A stretch of DNA of 28,550 nt from a virus. Its lineage: Duplodnaviria; Caudoviricetes. Under the pieces are notes generated by a model. That model saw only the letters and a program-made list of their open reading frames with translations. It was not told where the DNA came from and did no database searches. The DNA is taken from the IMG/VR virus record IMGVR_UViG_3300038393_001497, positions 1 to 28,550 of that record; one strand, given 5' to 3'. Positions 1 to 7,931 of this stretch are shown here, piece by piece. The position numbers and the translations under genes were made by a program. Positions within the stretch are counted from its first letter, which is position 1. Each line of letters opens with the position of its first letter.

Positions 1-806
1 ACATCTTTGCGAACGACCTGATCCACCCGGTAGGGCAGGGCTACCGCTATTACGGAGAGTTGATCGGGCTGTATCCGACGACGAGCCTCCAGCCCCCGAA
101 GATGATTAGCAAATCGGTCGTCGGCAGCACCGTCGTCGTGACCTTCGACCAGCCCATTAGGTTGTCGGCCACCCTCGCGGACATGAACACGCCGGGGAAC
201 AGCAAGAACGGCTTTCTCGTCATCGACAATACCGCGACCACGGCGACGGGCAGCGTCACTCTGGCGGTAAATCCGGCAGCGAACGACACCGTTACGATCA
301 ACGGCAAGGCGGTCACGTTCGTCGCGAGTGGAGCGACAGGATTCCAGGTCAACATCGGCGCGGCGAACACGGACACGGCCACCAATCTCGCGGCGCTGAT
401 TAACGCCAATCAAGTCATTTTCAACTGCTCGGCATCCGTTGCATCGAACGTCGTAAACCTCACCGCCGACCGTGTAGGGCCGACTGGGAATTACATTACG
501 CTAGCGATGTCGAGCGCCGGCAATTCTGTTTCCGGCTCGACCTTCTCGGGCGGTGTCGATGGTGCCGAAAAGACTATTTCGGCTGTGGCCGTTGCTGGCA
601 GCACCGCCACGCTCACTGTCAACAATACGACGAACCTCACCGGAAACTGGAAGGTCCGCAATGGCCTTCAATCGGTAGGCACCTTTGGGACCGTTGGCGC
701 TGCCACCGATCGGATGCCCCGAACGATGGTGGTTGGCACGACCAATGTGGGAACGGCTCAGGACGGGACGGTCCTCGAAAACTTCTCCATCACGCAGGAG
801 ATTTAG
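1..806 (+). CDS. Tail fiber/tailspike-like protein, C-terminal part (5' truncated by window), with end of an SGNH esterase domain
   Basis: Frame is open from nt 3 (IFANDLIHPVGQGYRYYGE), giving the DxxHP motif of SGNH block V, then a T/G/A/N-rich beta-repeat region. Lies upstream of the lysis genes. Confidence 0.6.
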   Translation, partial: IFANDLIHPVGQGYRYYGELIGLYPTTSLQPPKMISKSVVGSTVVVTFDQPIRLSATLADMNTPGNSKNGFLVIDNTATTATGSVTLAVNPAANDTVTINGKAVTFVASGATGFQVNIGAANTDTATNLAALINANQVIFNCSASVASNVVNLTADRVGPTGNYITLAMSSAGNSVSGSTFSGGVDGAEKTISAVAVAGSTATLTVNNTTNLTGNWKVRNGLQSVGTFGTVGAATDRMPRTMVVGTTNVGTAQDGTVLENFSITQEI

Positions 807-809
807 CAG

Positions 810-1565
810 ATGACGCTGCAATCAAATGCGGGGAGGCTAAGGGCGCACTGGCGGCTCTCATCGTCTGGCTACGATGCCTCGAACGCGAGGCTCACCGATC
901 AATCCGGCAACGGCAATCATTTGCCCAAGCTGGCAGGAACGCCGAACTTCGGCACGTTCGGCGGACAGCCCAGCATGGAGATGAAGGGCGACGTTTATTT
1001 CGGCGGCGCCGCGGACTTCGTGCCGACAAAATTCACCGTCGTAATGCCCGTCTTTTCCAATCTCGGGGCCGGGGCAATCCTTCAGCCCTTCCACCTGTGC
1101 CAGAGGGAATACGCTGAACAGGCCCCGGGCGGAGCAAACGATCCGGCCTTCACTCTTCCCTTGGACTCTTTCGGAGCTGGACCGGCATTCGGAACGTGGG
1201 GGCAGCGGCTCAAGTTTACGGGCACGACGACCGTGCTAGGCGGATCGCTGCAAACGGTCGATTTCGCATCCACGACATTCACTGCCAACGCCTGGAACGT
1301 GGTCCAATGGGTTCTGGACCCTGACAGTCTCCAGGTCCGCATTCGCGTTGGCACCGGGGCATGGATTGTCGCGACGATCACGAGCGACCAGCGCACCCAG
1401 GTTCCGATGTTTGACGAGCTTCGTCTCGGCTACACGGCAACGCCGGTCGGGGCCGGTCTCTTCGCCTCTTCGCAGTGCATGATCTTCAACGGCGTTGCGC
1501 CCGACGAGAATGCGTCGGGCTATGCCTCGCTAATCAGCGCCTTGGTCGCGGACCCGAATGCGTGA
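810..1565 (+). CDS. Virion/tail-associated beta-sandwich protein (LamG/ConA-like, tentative)
   Basis: LTDQSGNGNHL motif common in phage LamG-like tail proteins. Starts 3 nt after the previous stop. Confidence 0.5.
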   Translation: MTLQSNAGRLRAHWRLSSSGYDASNARLTDQSGNGNHLPKLAGTPNFGTFGGQPSMEMKGDVYFGGAADFVPTKFTVVMPVFSNLGAGAILQPFHLCQREYAEQAPGGANDPAFTLPLDSFGAGPAFGTWGQRLKFTGTTTVLGGSLQTVDFASTTFTANAWNVVQWVLDPDSLQVRIRVGTGAWIVATITSDQRTQVPMFDELRLGYTATPVGAGLFASSQCMIFNGVAPDENASGYASLISALVADPNA

Positions 1566-2036
1566 ACCCATGCACCGCGCGTCGATTTCCCCGATCAGCT
1601 CCTTCGCTCCCTCGGCATTGGGATGCACTCCGTCAACCGTATCTCGTGGCGGATCGACGGTGAAGGTTGCAAGGCGGTCCAGTTCGGCCCGTTCCTTGGC
1701 ATACCGCCCGTGGTCGTTGGGTCCGGTTTCTACCACCACGACCGAAGGTCGCGCAGCCGCAATCACCTTGCGCGCATCGGGCAGCCAATCCTTCGAGGTT
1801 GACCATCCGATGCCCGCGTTAAGTGCCGGTTTGCCGCACAGGAACGGCATTCGCACCCGCTCCGTCACGCTGTCGCCGATGACCAGAACACCTCCGGGCT
1901 GCATTTGCGAGGCTTGGGAGAGGATCGCGGCCATTCGGGCTTCGCGGTGGAACTGCTCCGCCGATCCGCGCCATTTGAGCGCGCCAGCCCCAAGGCCGAG
2001 CGCGAAGGCGACCGCCAAAGCCACGACCCGCTTCAC
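1530..2036 (-). CDS. Secreted/membrane-anchored SGNH/GDSL hydrolase
   Basis: Signal-like N-terminus MKRVVALAVAFALGLGAG. All four SGNH blocks present: VIGDSV, NAGIGW, TGPND, DGVHP. Confidence 0.8.
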   Translation of the reverse strand: MKRVVALAVAFALGLGAGALKWRGSAEQFHREARMAAILSQASQMQPGGVLVIGDSVTERVRMPFLCGKPALNAGIGWSTSKDWLPDARKVIAAARPSVVVVETGPNDHGRYAKERAELDRLATFTVDPPRDTVDGVHPNAEGAKELIGEIDARCMGSRIRVRDQGAD

Positions 2037-2107
2037 GGCACATTGGCTAGCGCCAGACGCTGCAAAAGCAAGTGGGTCACTGATGCCACCCCGCTCCGGT
2101 CAGTTCC

Positions 2108-2539
2108 ATGCTTAGCGCCGCCGGATCGTCTGTCGCGGGCTGGACCACGACTGCGGGCGTGTGGATCGCCGCGCTGACGTTGATCGGCATTGCAGTTCGC
2201 CAGCTCGTTCCATGGAAGAAGCAGGAGAACGACAGCGAAGCGCAGTTCCGCGATGCACTGATCCGCCGCGTCGAAGCCTTGGAAAGCAAGATCGAGCGGC
2301 AGGAGGCAAGGCACCGCGCCGAGCAGAGCCTTAGCAACCACAAGCTCCGCAACATGACCGCCTGCTTCGACGCGATGCTGCTTATGCTCGAGATGACGCC
2401 GGAACGCGGCCCGGAGATCGTCACGAAGATCAAGGCGATGCGGGCCGACCAGATGAGGGCTGAGGCGCGGGAGGCCGCGATTATCAGGGCGGCCGACATC
2501 AGCGGCGGGGACACGCCTGCGGGGGAGGTTGGGCCGTGA
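2108..2539 (+). CDS. Single-TM coiled-coil protein upstream of endolysin (holin/antiholin candidate)
   Basis: N-terminal hydrophobic helix, then coiled coil. GTGA overlap with endolysin. Confidence 0.55.
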   Translation: MLSAAGSSVAGWTTTAGVWIAALTLIGIAVRQLVPWKKQENDSEAQFRDALIRRVEALESKIERQEARHRAEQSLSNHKLRNMTACFDAMLLMLEMTPERGPEIVTKIKAMRADQMRAEAREAAIIRAADISGGDTPAGEVGP

Positions 2540-3051
2540 AAGGCAACTTCGCCTCCTCGCTCGCCGCCGTCCTGATGCACGAGGGCGGCTATGTGAACGA
2601 TTCACAAGACCCAGGCGGAGCCACTAACCGGGGGATCACTCAGCACGTCTATGACGATTGGCGTCGGTCGCAGGGGCTTTCCCCGCGCGGCGTCCGCGCG
2701 CTCGAACAGGCTGAAATCGAGGCGATATACCGGAAGCTCTACTGGAACGCATGTCGCTGCGATGATCTCCCTTCCGGCGTCGATTACTGCGTGTTCGATT
2801 TCGCGGTGAACAGCGGGCCGGTTCGTGCCTGCCGCTACCTCCAGCGGGCAGTCGGTGTGACCGATGATGGCCAGATTGGTCCGGTGACGCTAGCGGCCGT
2901 GAACTCGAAGCCTGCTTGCGAGACCATCGCAGCTATCTCGGCTGCTCGTCTGGACTTCCTCGGCCAGCTTCCGACCTTTCCCCGCTTCGGCAAGGGATGG
3001 TCCGCGCGCGTCGGTGAGGTTGGGTTGAAAGCTGCGGAGATGAGCGCGTGA
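2536..3051 (+). CDS. Endolysin, glycoside hydrolase family 108 with C-terminal peptidoglycan-binding domain
   Basis: HEGGYVND..DPGGATNRGIT, FDFAVNSG, LQRAVGV.DDG.IGP.TL and FGKGW.AR motifs. Confidence 0.92.
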   Translation: MKGNFASSLAAVLMHEGGYVNDSQDPGGATNRGITQHVYDDWRRSQGLSPRGVRALEQAEIEAIYRKLYWNACRCDDLPSGVDYCVFDFAVNSGPVRACRYLQRAVGVTDDGQIGPVTLAAVNSKPACETIAAISAARLDFLGQLPTFPRFGKGWSARVGEVGLKAAEMSA

Positions 3052-3494
3052 ACGCGTGGCGCGAGCTCGTCCACACGCTGGCGAGAAACCCCATTTCGAC
3101 GTTCGCCGTCGGCTGTGTAGCCGCGACGGGCATCTACCTCGCCTACATGACGAACCAGCTGCTGCAGGTTCTCACCAGCCCCCACTGGTGCGCGAACGCG
3201 ATCCAGGCGGAGAAGATCAGCCCCGGAACCACCTATGTCGGGCTGACCACCTGCGTGAGCCTGCTGACCATCCAGCTTCAGGCTGTGGCGACGGGCTTTC
3301 ATATCTCGGTCGGTAGTTTCGCGCTTACTCTCATCGTCCTGATCGTCGTCGTGATCGCGGGCGCCCATGCGACCTTCAAGGCGAGCTCGGGCGGGATCGA
3401 GGGAAGTGTCGGAAGGGATGCGCCTGAAGCAGCTCAGGCGGTTGCTGACAGCGCTCAACAGACGGCGGACGTAATCAAGGAGCCGGGACCGTGA
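3048..3494 (+). CDS. Multi-TM membrane protein (holin candidate)
   Basis: 2-3 hydrophobic helices. Coupled to endolysin by GTGA overlap. Confidence 0.55.
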   Translation: MNAWRELVHTLARNPISTFAVGCVAATGIYLAYMTNQLLQVLTSPHWCANAIQAEKISPGTTYVGLTTCVSLLTIQLQAVATGFHISVGSFALTLIVLIVVVIAGAHATFKASSGGIEGSVGRDAPEAAQAVADSAQQTADVIKEPGP

Positions 3495-3616
3495 CTACCG
3501 CCATGCTCGGGCTGCTCGCGGTGAGCATCTTCGCGTCCGGCGCTGTCGTCGGATGGGCGGTCAGGGACAGCCGCGATGACGAGCCGCCCACGCGAGATGA
3601 AGGAGATTGGCTCTAG
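3491..3616 (+). CDS. Small membrane protein, 41 aa (not in ORF track)
   Basis: GTG overlaps the previous stop. MTTAMLGLLAVSIFASGAVVGWAVRDSRDDEPPTRDEGDWL; its stop overlaps the next GTG. Confidence 0.5.
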   Translation: MTTAMLGLLAVSIFASGAVVGWAVRDSRDDEPPTRDEGDWL

Positions 3617-3819
3617 TGAAAAGCCTTCCGCTCCTCCTCGCCACCATCGGCCTCGCATTAGCGACTGTCGCGCTGCTCGAAGCTCAACACACGGCACAGA
3701 ACGACGCGCTCCCGCTCACCCATGCGGATTACGAAGTCTGCGCCACCGTGCAGCCGCCACCGCTGACGCCGAACGCAAAGCGGCGCCGAATGCCGTCATC
3801 CACTGCGGAGCTTAGCTGA
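3616..3819 (+). CDS. Small signal-peptide/TM protein
   Basis: MKSLPLLLATIGLALATVALL; AGGAG upstream; coupled on both sides. Confidence 0.45.
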   Translation: MKSLPLLLATIGLALATVALLEAQHTAQNDALPLTHADYEVCATVQPPPLTPNAKRRRMPSSTAELS

Positions 3820-4001
3820 TGCTTACATTCATCCTGATCCTCGTCATCATCGCCCTCTTGTGGCTGTTGGCCATCGAGCTGCGGTTTCACAGCCTGAAAA
3901 ACCTCGTGGGCGTCTCTCTGGATACTGCAGAGAATGCGATCCACACGGCTGAGACCTTGTTCACCAAGGTCGAGGCCAAGTTGCCGAAGAGGGGTAAGTG
4001 A
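3819..4001 (+). CDS. Small single-TM protein
   Basis: MLTFILILVIIALLWLLAI; TGATG coupling. Confidence 0.55.
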   Translation: MLTFILILVIIALLWLLAIELRFHSLKNLVGVSLDTAENAIHTAETLFTKVEAKLPKRGK

Positions 4002-4441
4002 TGTTCGGCCTCTCGACCGCTAAGCTAGTCGCGTTCGCCATTGCGGCGGCTGCGATCATCAGCTTCGGAACCTGGTCGTTCAGTCTGCGAACGCGGCTCG
4101 AGCATCGGGACGCGCAACTCGCCGCTATCTGTACCGCAACCCGCACCGCCGCCAATCAGCCGAAGCTCGATTGCAAGCAGGTGCCGCAGCAGATCGGCTT
4201 CCTCGGGCAGGCCGTCACGGCGCTGTCGAATGCGCTCAAAGTCCAGAACTCTGCGGTGGAGGCGTTGGGCCAGCAGTCGGCAGATCAGCAGCAGAAGGCC
4301 GCACAGGCCTCTCGGGCCGCGCAGGGACGCGCGCGGGAGGCAGAGGCTACCTCGACCCGCCTAAACGCATCTTCGCGCTCTGATGACGCTCAGGCGAAAC
4401 CCTGCGCACCGTCGCGAGCCTTGAAGGAGGCATGGCAATGA
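3998..4441 (+). CDS. Putative i-spanin (Rz-like)
   Basis: N-terminal TM, long Q/A-rich coiled coil, C-terminal Cys, position in lysis cassette. Confidence 0.65.
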   Translation: MMFGLSTAKLVAFAIAAAAIISFGTWSFSLRTRLEHRDAQLAAICTATRTAANQPKLDCKQVPQQIGFLGQAVTALSNALKVQNSAVEALGQQSADQQQKAAQASRAAQGRAREAEATSTRLNASSRSDDAQAKPCAPSRALKEAWQ

Positions 4442-4893
4442 ATCACGCTATCACGATTGGCGAACTGCTGCGGTTCATCGGAGGCGGCGTTGGCATTCTC
4501 CTGTTGCTCGTCGGCGCACTCGCGTTGTTCGCCGGGGGAATGTCGGACGCGCCCGAAGCTGGCGATGAAAGCTCCAAAACCGGCTGCATCATCGGCGCTG
4601 TCGGCATCGTCCTGGTGGTGATCACTCTTGCCGCTTGTTCCACTCCTGCGGTGAAAACAGAAACCGTCGAGGTCAAAGTCCCCGTCGCCACTACGCCGCT
4701 GAAGCCCGCTCAAGTCCCAATACCACCGGCGCCGCTACCGAAGCGGCCGGATAGCCTGAGCGCCGCGGCGGATATTCTGCTGGCGAAGGTATGCGAGCTC
4801 GAGGGGTATGTGCTGCAGGCCGATCCTCTGCTTCGCGTGTCGGCGGGGCTTCCACAGCAGGCACTGCCAAAATACTCCGAGTGCGAGCACTAG
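4438..4893 (+). CDS. Putative o-spanin (Rz1-like lipoprotein)
   Basis: Lipobox ITLAA-C, then Pro-rich VKTETVEVKVPV..PIPPAPLP; directly follows the Rz-like gene. Confidence 0.6.
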   Translation: MNHAITIGELLRFIGGGVGILLLLVGALALFAGGMSDAPEAGDESSKTGCIIGAVGIVLVVITLAACSTPAVKTETVEVKVPVATTPLKPAQVPIPPAPLPKRPDSLSAAADILLAKVCELEGYVLQADPLLRVSAGLPQQALPKYSECEH

Positions 4894-5183
4894 CCCCGCA
4901 CCGCCTCCGCGATCTCCGTAAGCTCCGCGACCAGCTTGTCGTGGAACCCATCATCGAGAAACTTCACCACCCGCTCAATCGCGTCCACGATCTCCTGCCT
5001 CTGAGCGTCTGTTTCAGGGTCTATCGGTAAAGGCAGGTTCCTCCGCTCATACATTGAGAAGGCCAGCTCTACCTCGGGGATTTCCCAGAGCTTCAGGGTG
5101 ACTGCTGAAGGAGGCAGTCCCATGCCTAGGTAACGAGCCAGATCGACCGCGATTGCGCGCTGGATGCGGGTGAGCTCGGGCAT
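4890..5183 (-). CDS. Hypothetical protein, last gene of leftward accessory operon
   Basis: 97-aa ORF converging on the lysis operon. Confidence 0.55.
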   Translation of the reverse strand: MPELTRIQRAIAVDLARYLGMGLPPSAVTLKLWEIPEVELAFSMYERRNLPLPIDPETDAQRQEIVDAIERVVKFLDDGFHDKLVAELTEIAEAVRG

Positions 5184-5192
5184 GGGCGCGAC

Positions 5193-5306
5193 TTAGCGCG
5201 GTTTCGGCCCCGCGAACATGCACGCGCTGCACAGCAGCTTGCCGTCGATCATCCGAGCCGTCTTGCGCGATAGGCGCTTGTCGCAGCGGGAACAGCGGAG
5301 AGTCAT
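5193..5306 (-). CDS. Small Zn-finger protein, 37 aa
   Basis: MTLRCSRCDKRLSRKTARMIDGKLLCSACMFAGPKPR (CxxC...CxxC). ATGA-coupled to the upstream gene once the IS is removed. Confidence 0.55.
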   Translation of the reverse strand: MTLRCSRCDKRLSRKTARMIDGKLLCSACMFAGPKPR

Positions 5307-5315
5307 ATCCGTGTG

Positions 5316-5340
5316 GGCATATATCCCCTTGAAACATGTA
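5316..5340 (+). repeat. Left terminal inverted repeat of IS1595 element
   Basis: Matches revcomp of 7950-7974. Confidence 0.9.
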
Positions 5341-5363
5341 AGCACAATCGCTATATAAGGGGA

Positions 5364-6245
5364 ATGACGAAGAGCAAGGCACCGACCCTCCGGCAATTTC
5401 AGGACCGCTTCCCGACCGAGGATAGCTGCTTGGATCACCTGTTTGAGGTCCGCTACGCGGGCACGAATTGCCCGAAGTGCGACCGTCCGGTGAATTACAG
5501 CCGCGTTCGCGGTCGCCGCGCCTATCAGTGCGCATGGTGCGCGAACCAGCTTTATCCGACTGCTGGCACGCCGTTCGATCGCACTCGCACCAGCTTGCGC
5601 GATTGGTTCCTCGTCATGTTCATGTTCTGCACGACTCGGAACGGTGTCGCGGCCAAGGAAGTGCAGCGCCAGATCGGCGTCACCTATAAGACCGCGTGGC
5701 GCATGGCTCACGAAATCAGGAAGTACATGGGCCAGCTCGACAGCGACGATCCCTTGGGTGGCCCTGGGCAGATCGTTGAAATCGACGAAGCGATGCTTGG
5801 CGGCAAGGCCAAGGGCACTCGCGGCGGTCGGTTCGCTGGCAACAAAACCTGCGTTCTCGGAATGCTCGAAAACGGTGGCGAGATTGTCACCCGCATCGTT
5901 CCGAGCGTGAAGGCGCACCATCTTGTTCCCATCGTGCAGGAGCATGTCCTTCGCGGTACGCACATTCATACGGACGCGCTGCCGAGCTACCAGCATCTCG
6001 GAAACCACGGCTACCGGCACTCAAAGGTGCGGCATCAGGTCGGCGAATATGTCGGCTCCGAAGGCCAGACCGTAAACCGGATTGAAGGCTTCTGGTCGAT
6101 GCTGAAGCGCGGCATCAACGGCACGCACATTCATGTCAGCCCGAAGCATCTGCCGAAGTACCTTGGCGAGTTCGAGTACCGCTGGAACATGCGGCATGTG
6201 CCGCACTTGATGCTCGACCGGCTGATGCACTCGTTCACCCGCTAG
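5364..6245 (+). CDS. tnp: IS1595-family (ISXO2-like) DDE transposase
   Basis: Zn ribbon CPKC...CAWC, HTH with TAWRM, VEIDEAMLGG, IHTD, NRIEGFWSMLKRGI.GTH..VS.KHL..YL.EF.YRWN. ATG at 5364 follows AAGGGGA. Confidence 0.95.
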   Translation: MTKSKAPTLRQFQDRFPTEDSCLDHLFEVRYAGTNCPKCDRPVNYSRVRGRRAYQCAWCANQLYPTAGTPFDRTRTSLRDWFLVMFMFCTTRNGVAAKEVQRQIGVTYKTAWRMAHEIRKYMGQLDSDDPLGGPGQIVEIDEAMLGGKAKGTRGGRFAGNKTCVLGMLENGGEIVTRIVPSVKAHHLVPIVQEHVLRGTHIHTDALPSYQHLGNHGYRHSKVRHQVGEYVGSEGQTVNRIEGFWSMLKRGINGTHIHVSPKHLPKYLGEFEYRWNMRHVPHLMLDRLMHSFTR

Positions 6246-6453
6246 GCTCACGATCCTTTGCGGCGAGCGCCAACGGCAGCACATTTGCTCGCGTTAGCTC
6301 ATCCACACTCCTGATGAGGAGGTAGCGGGCAACGTCCCCGACGTTCGAGCCGTAGCGTCCGGATTCAACGAGAAGTTCAAGGCAGCGGTACACGTCATCC
6401 GGCAATGACGGGTGAACCTTTTTCGAATCGGTTGTGTTCTTTGGCCGCGCCAC
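6235..6453 (-). CDS. Ribbon-helix-helix (CopG/ParD-like) small regulator, IS passenger
   Basis: VHPSLPDDVYRCLELLVESGRYGSNVGDVARYLL resembles the RHH 'lV.sGrY.s.sevvR' pattern. Confidence 0.55.
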   Translation of the reverse strand: MARPKNTTDSKKVHPSLPDDVYRCLELLVESGRYGSNVGDVARYLLIRSVDELTRANVLPLALAAKDREPSG

Positions 6454-6550
6454 GGATGCAGCATAAGCGGGTTCTTAGTCGCTAACAATTCACCAAGTAG
6501 TGACTACAAACTGCTTGACGATCTGTTCACTCTGGCGCAGTAAGAACACG

Positions 6551-6586
6551 AAGAAAGGGCGGCCCCCTCTTTCGAGAGAACCGCCC
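6551..6586 (-). terminator. Intrinsic terminator downstream of the IS-borne tRNA
   Basis: Minus strand GGGCGGTTCTCTC-GAAA-GAGGGGGCCGCCC followed by TTTCTT. Confidence 0.75.
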
Positions 6587-6596
6587 CTGAAGGGTG

Positions 6597-6669
6597 GGTG
6601 ACGGACCGGAATTGAACCGGCGACCTAACGGGTACCAACCATTCGCTCTACCACTGAGCTACCGCCACC
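6597..6669 (-). tRNA. Atypical tRNA, anticodon GGT (Thr), His-like acceptor stem
   Basis: Cloverleaf: G GTGGCGG TA GCTC AGTGGTA GAGC G AATGG TT-GGT-AC CCGTT AGGTC GCCGG TTCAATT CCGGT CCGTCAC C. All four stems pair; anticodon at 6644-6646. Confidence 0.88.
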
Positions 6670-6778
6670 GCCTTACGCGGGCCAGCCGTAAAAAGCTGGC
6701 CCGTATTCATATGGGCCTTATCGCGGAAGCGGAGTCAAGCGGCTGCTGGCACTACCCGTGGACAAGTTCGTGAAATGT

Positions 6779-6910
6779 TCACGCCTTCGGATCAATATCT
6801 TGTGGATTGTTGCCCTTGCGCTGCGCCTTCGCTGTGCGTTCTTCCGCCTTATGCGGCTCGCCTTGGCTCATTGCCTTTAGGAGGCGGTCGAAGCGGTTCT
6901 GCCAGCCCAT
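6779..6910 (-). CDS. Small basic protein, 43 aa, IS passenger (not in ORF track)
   Basis: MGWQNRFDRLLKAMSQGEPHKAEERTAKAQRKGNNPQDIDPKA with AAGG-rich upstream region. Confidence 0.4.
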   Translation of the reverse strand: MGWQNRFDRLLKAMSQGEPHKAEERTAKAQRKGNNPQDIDPKA

Positions 6911-6950
6911 TAGCCTTGCCTTTCTGAGTTCATTTTAACACGCTCGACGA

Positions 6951-7931
6951 ATGGTGCGGCTACTTAAATTGGGCGCGATCATCGCCGCCCTCATTATCGT
7001 CGGCGGCAGTGCGTTTGTGTGGGCCTCAGCCGAATACGCCGCCCGGGAGAATGTACGCCGCGCCAGCGATGCCGCCCACGAATACAAGCAACATGCAGAC
7101 GGCGAAGCAAATGATCGCTGCAGGCTCATCGCCGCGTCGGAACAGGCGGAATGCCGCTACTCCATATACCACAGTGCCCACGAGGCAGGCCTGCGTGAAC
7201 GCGAAGTAGAGGCAGACGAGAATAACGCGGTATGGGTCAAGGCCGCCGGTCGAGCGGCCATTCTCGGGATTATTTTTACACTGCTCAGCCTGTTTCTGCT
7301 CTGGGCAAATTTCGCTGAGCAACGAATTACGAACCGGCAGTCGAGGGCGGATGCTAAAGATGCCGCTGCCTCTGCTGGCAAGTCTCTCGCCGCCGCTAAC
7401 AAGGCCGCCAAAGCGGCTGCTGCTCAGGTCGAAATCGCTCAAGACACCGCCTATCGAGACCTTCGAGCGTATCTTTCGATAGTCGTTGAGGGCGACAAGC
7501 CGAGCAAAAGCATTCTGTCCGGGACGGTCATCATCCGAAACGCTGGCCAGACGCCGGCAGGCATCAAACTGTTTATCAACACCTGGATCGGGCCGTGGCC
7601 CACAGAGGACCCGCATACGAAGGGGCCGCCACTCCTCGAAGATCCCCACCATCAGCCTTATATCAATCGTGGCTGTGAAGAGCGGGTCGCGTGGTTCTAT
7701 CCGTGGGCCGGGGACGCGCAGGATGAAATCGGCAAACTGTTCGGCGAACGGTCGGAGAAAGTCGCGCTGATGGTCTACGGAAGAGTCGAGTTCATTGACT
7801 TTATGAAACGCGAACGCGTGCTCAACTTCTCGTACCGCGACAACGGTTTCGTTGAGATGGGAAAGCCGATTGAAATGGTCCCCACTCCCAAAGGAAACGA
7901 GTACGAGGATCGCAGCGGCTACGAGGCTTAG
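6951..7931 (+). CDS. Two-TM membrane protein of unknown function, IS passenger
   Basis: TM near aa 5-26 and ~100-120, Ala-rich coiled coil, C-terminal beta domain (LRAYLSI, IRNAGQTPA, VYGRVEFID). Ends just before TIR-R. Confidence 0.75.
   Translation: MVRLLKLGAIIAALIIVGGSAFVWASAEYAARENVRRASDAAHEYKQHADGEANDRCRLIAASEQAECRYSIYHSAHEAGLREREVEADENNAVWVKAAGRAAILGIIFTLLSLFLLWANFAEQRITNRQSRADAKDAAASAGKSLAAANKAAKAAAAQVEIAQDTAYRDLRAYLSIVVEGDKPSKSILSGTVIIRNAGQTPAGIKLFINTWIGPWPTEDPHTKGPPLLEDPHHQPYINRGCEERVAWFYPWAGDAQDEIGKLFGERSEKVALMVYGRVEFIDFMKRERVLNFSYRDNGFVEMGKPIEMVPTPKGNEYEDRSGYEA

Noticed and set aside
1-1565. Diversity-generating retroelement acting on the tail genes
   Set aside because: No reverse transcriptase and no TR/VR pair differing at adenines seen in this window.
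5193-6020. 275-aa minus-strand ORF
   Set aside because: Antisense to the transposase; only the last 37 codons outside the IS look like a real gene.
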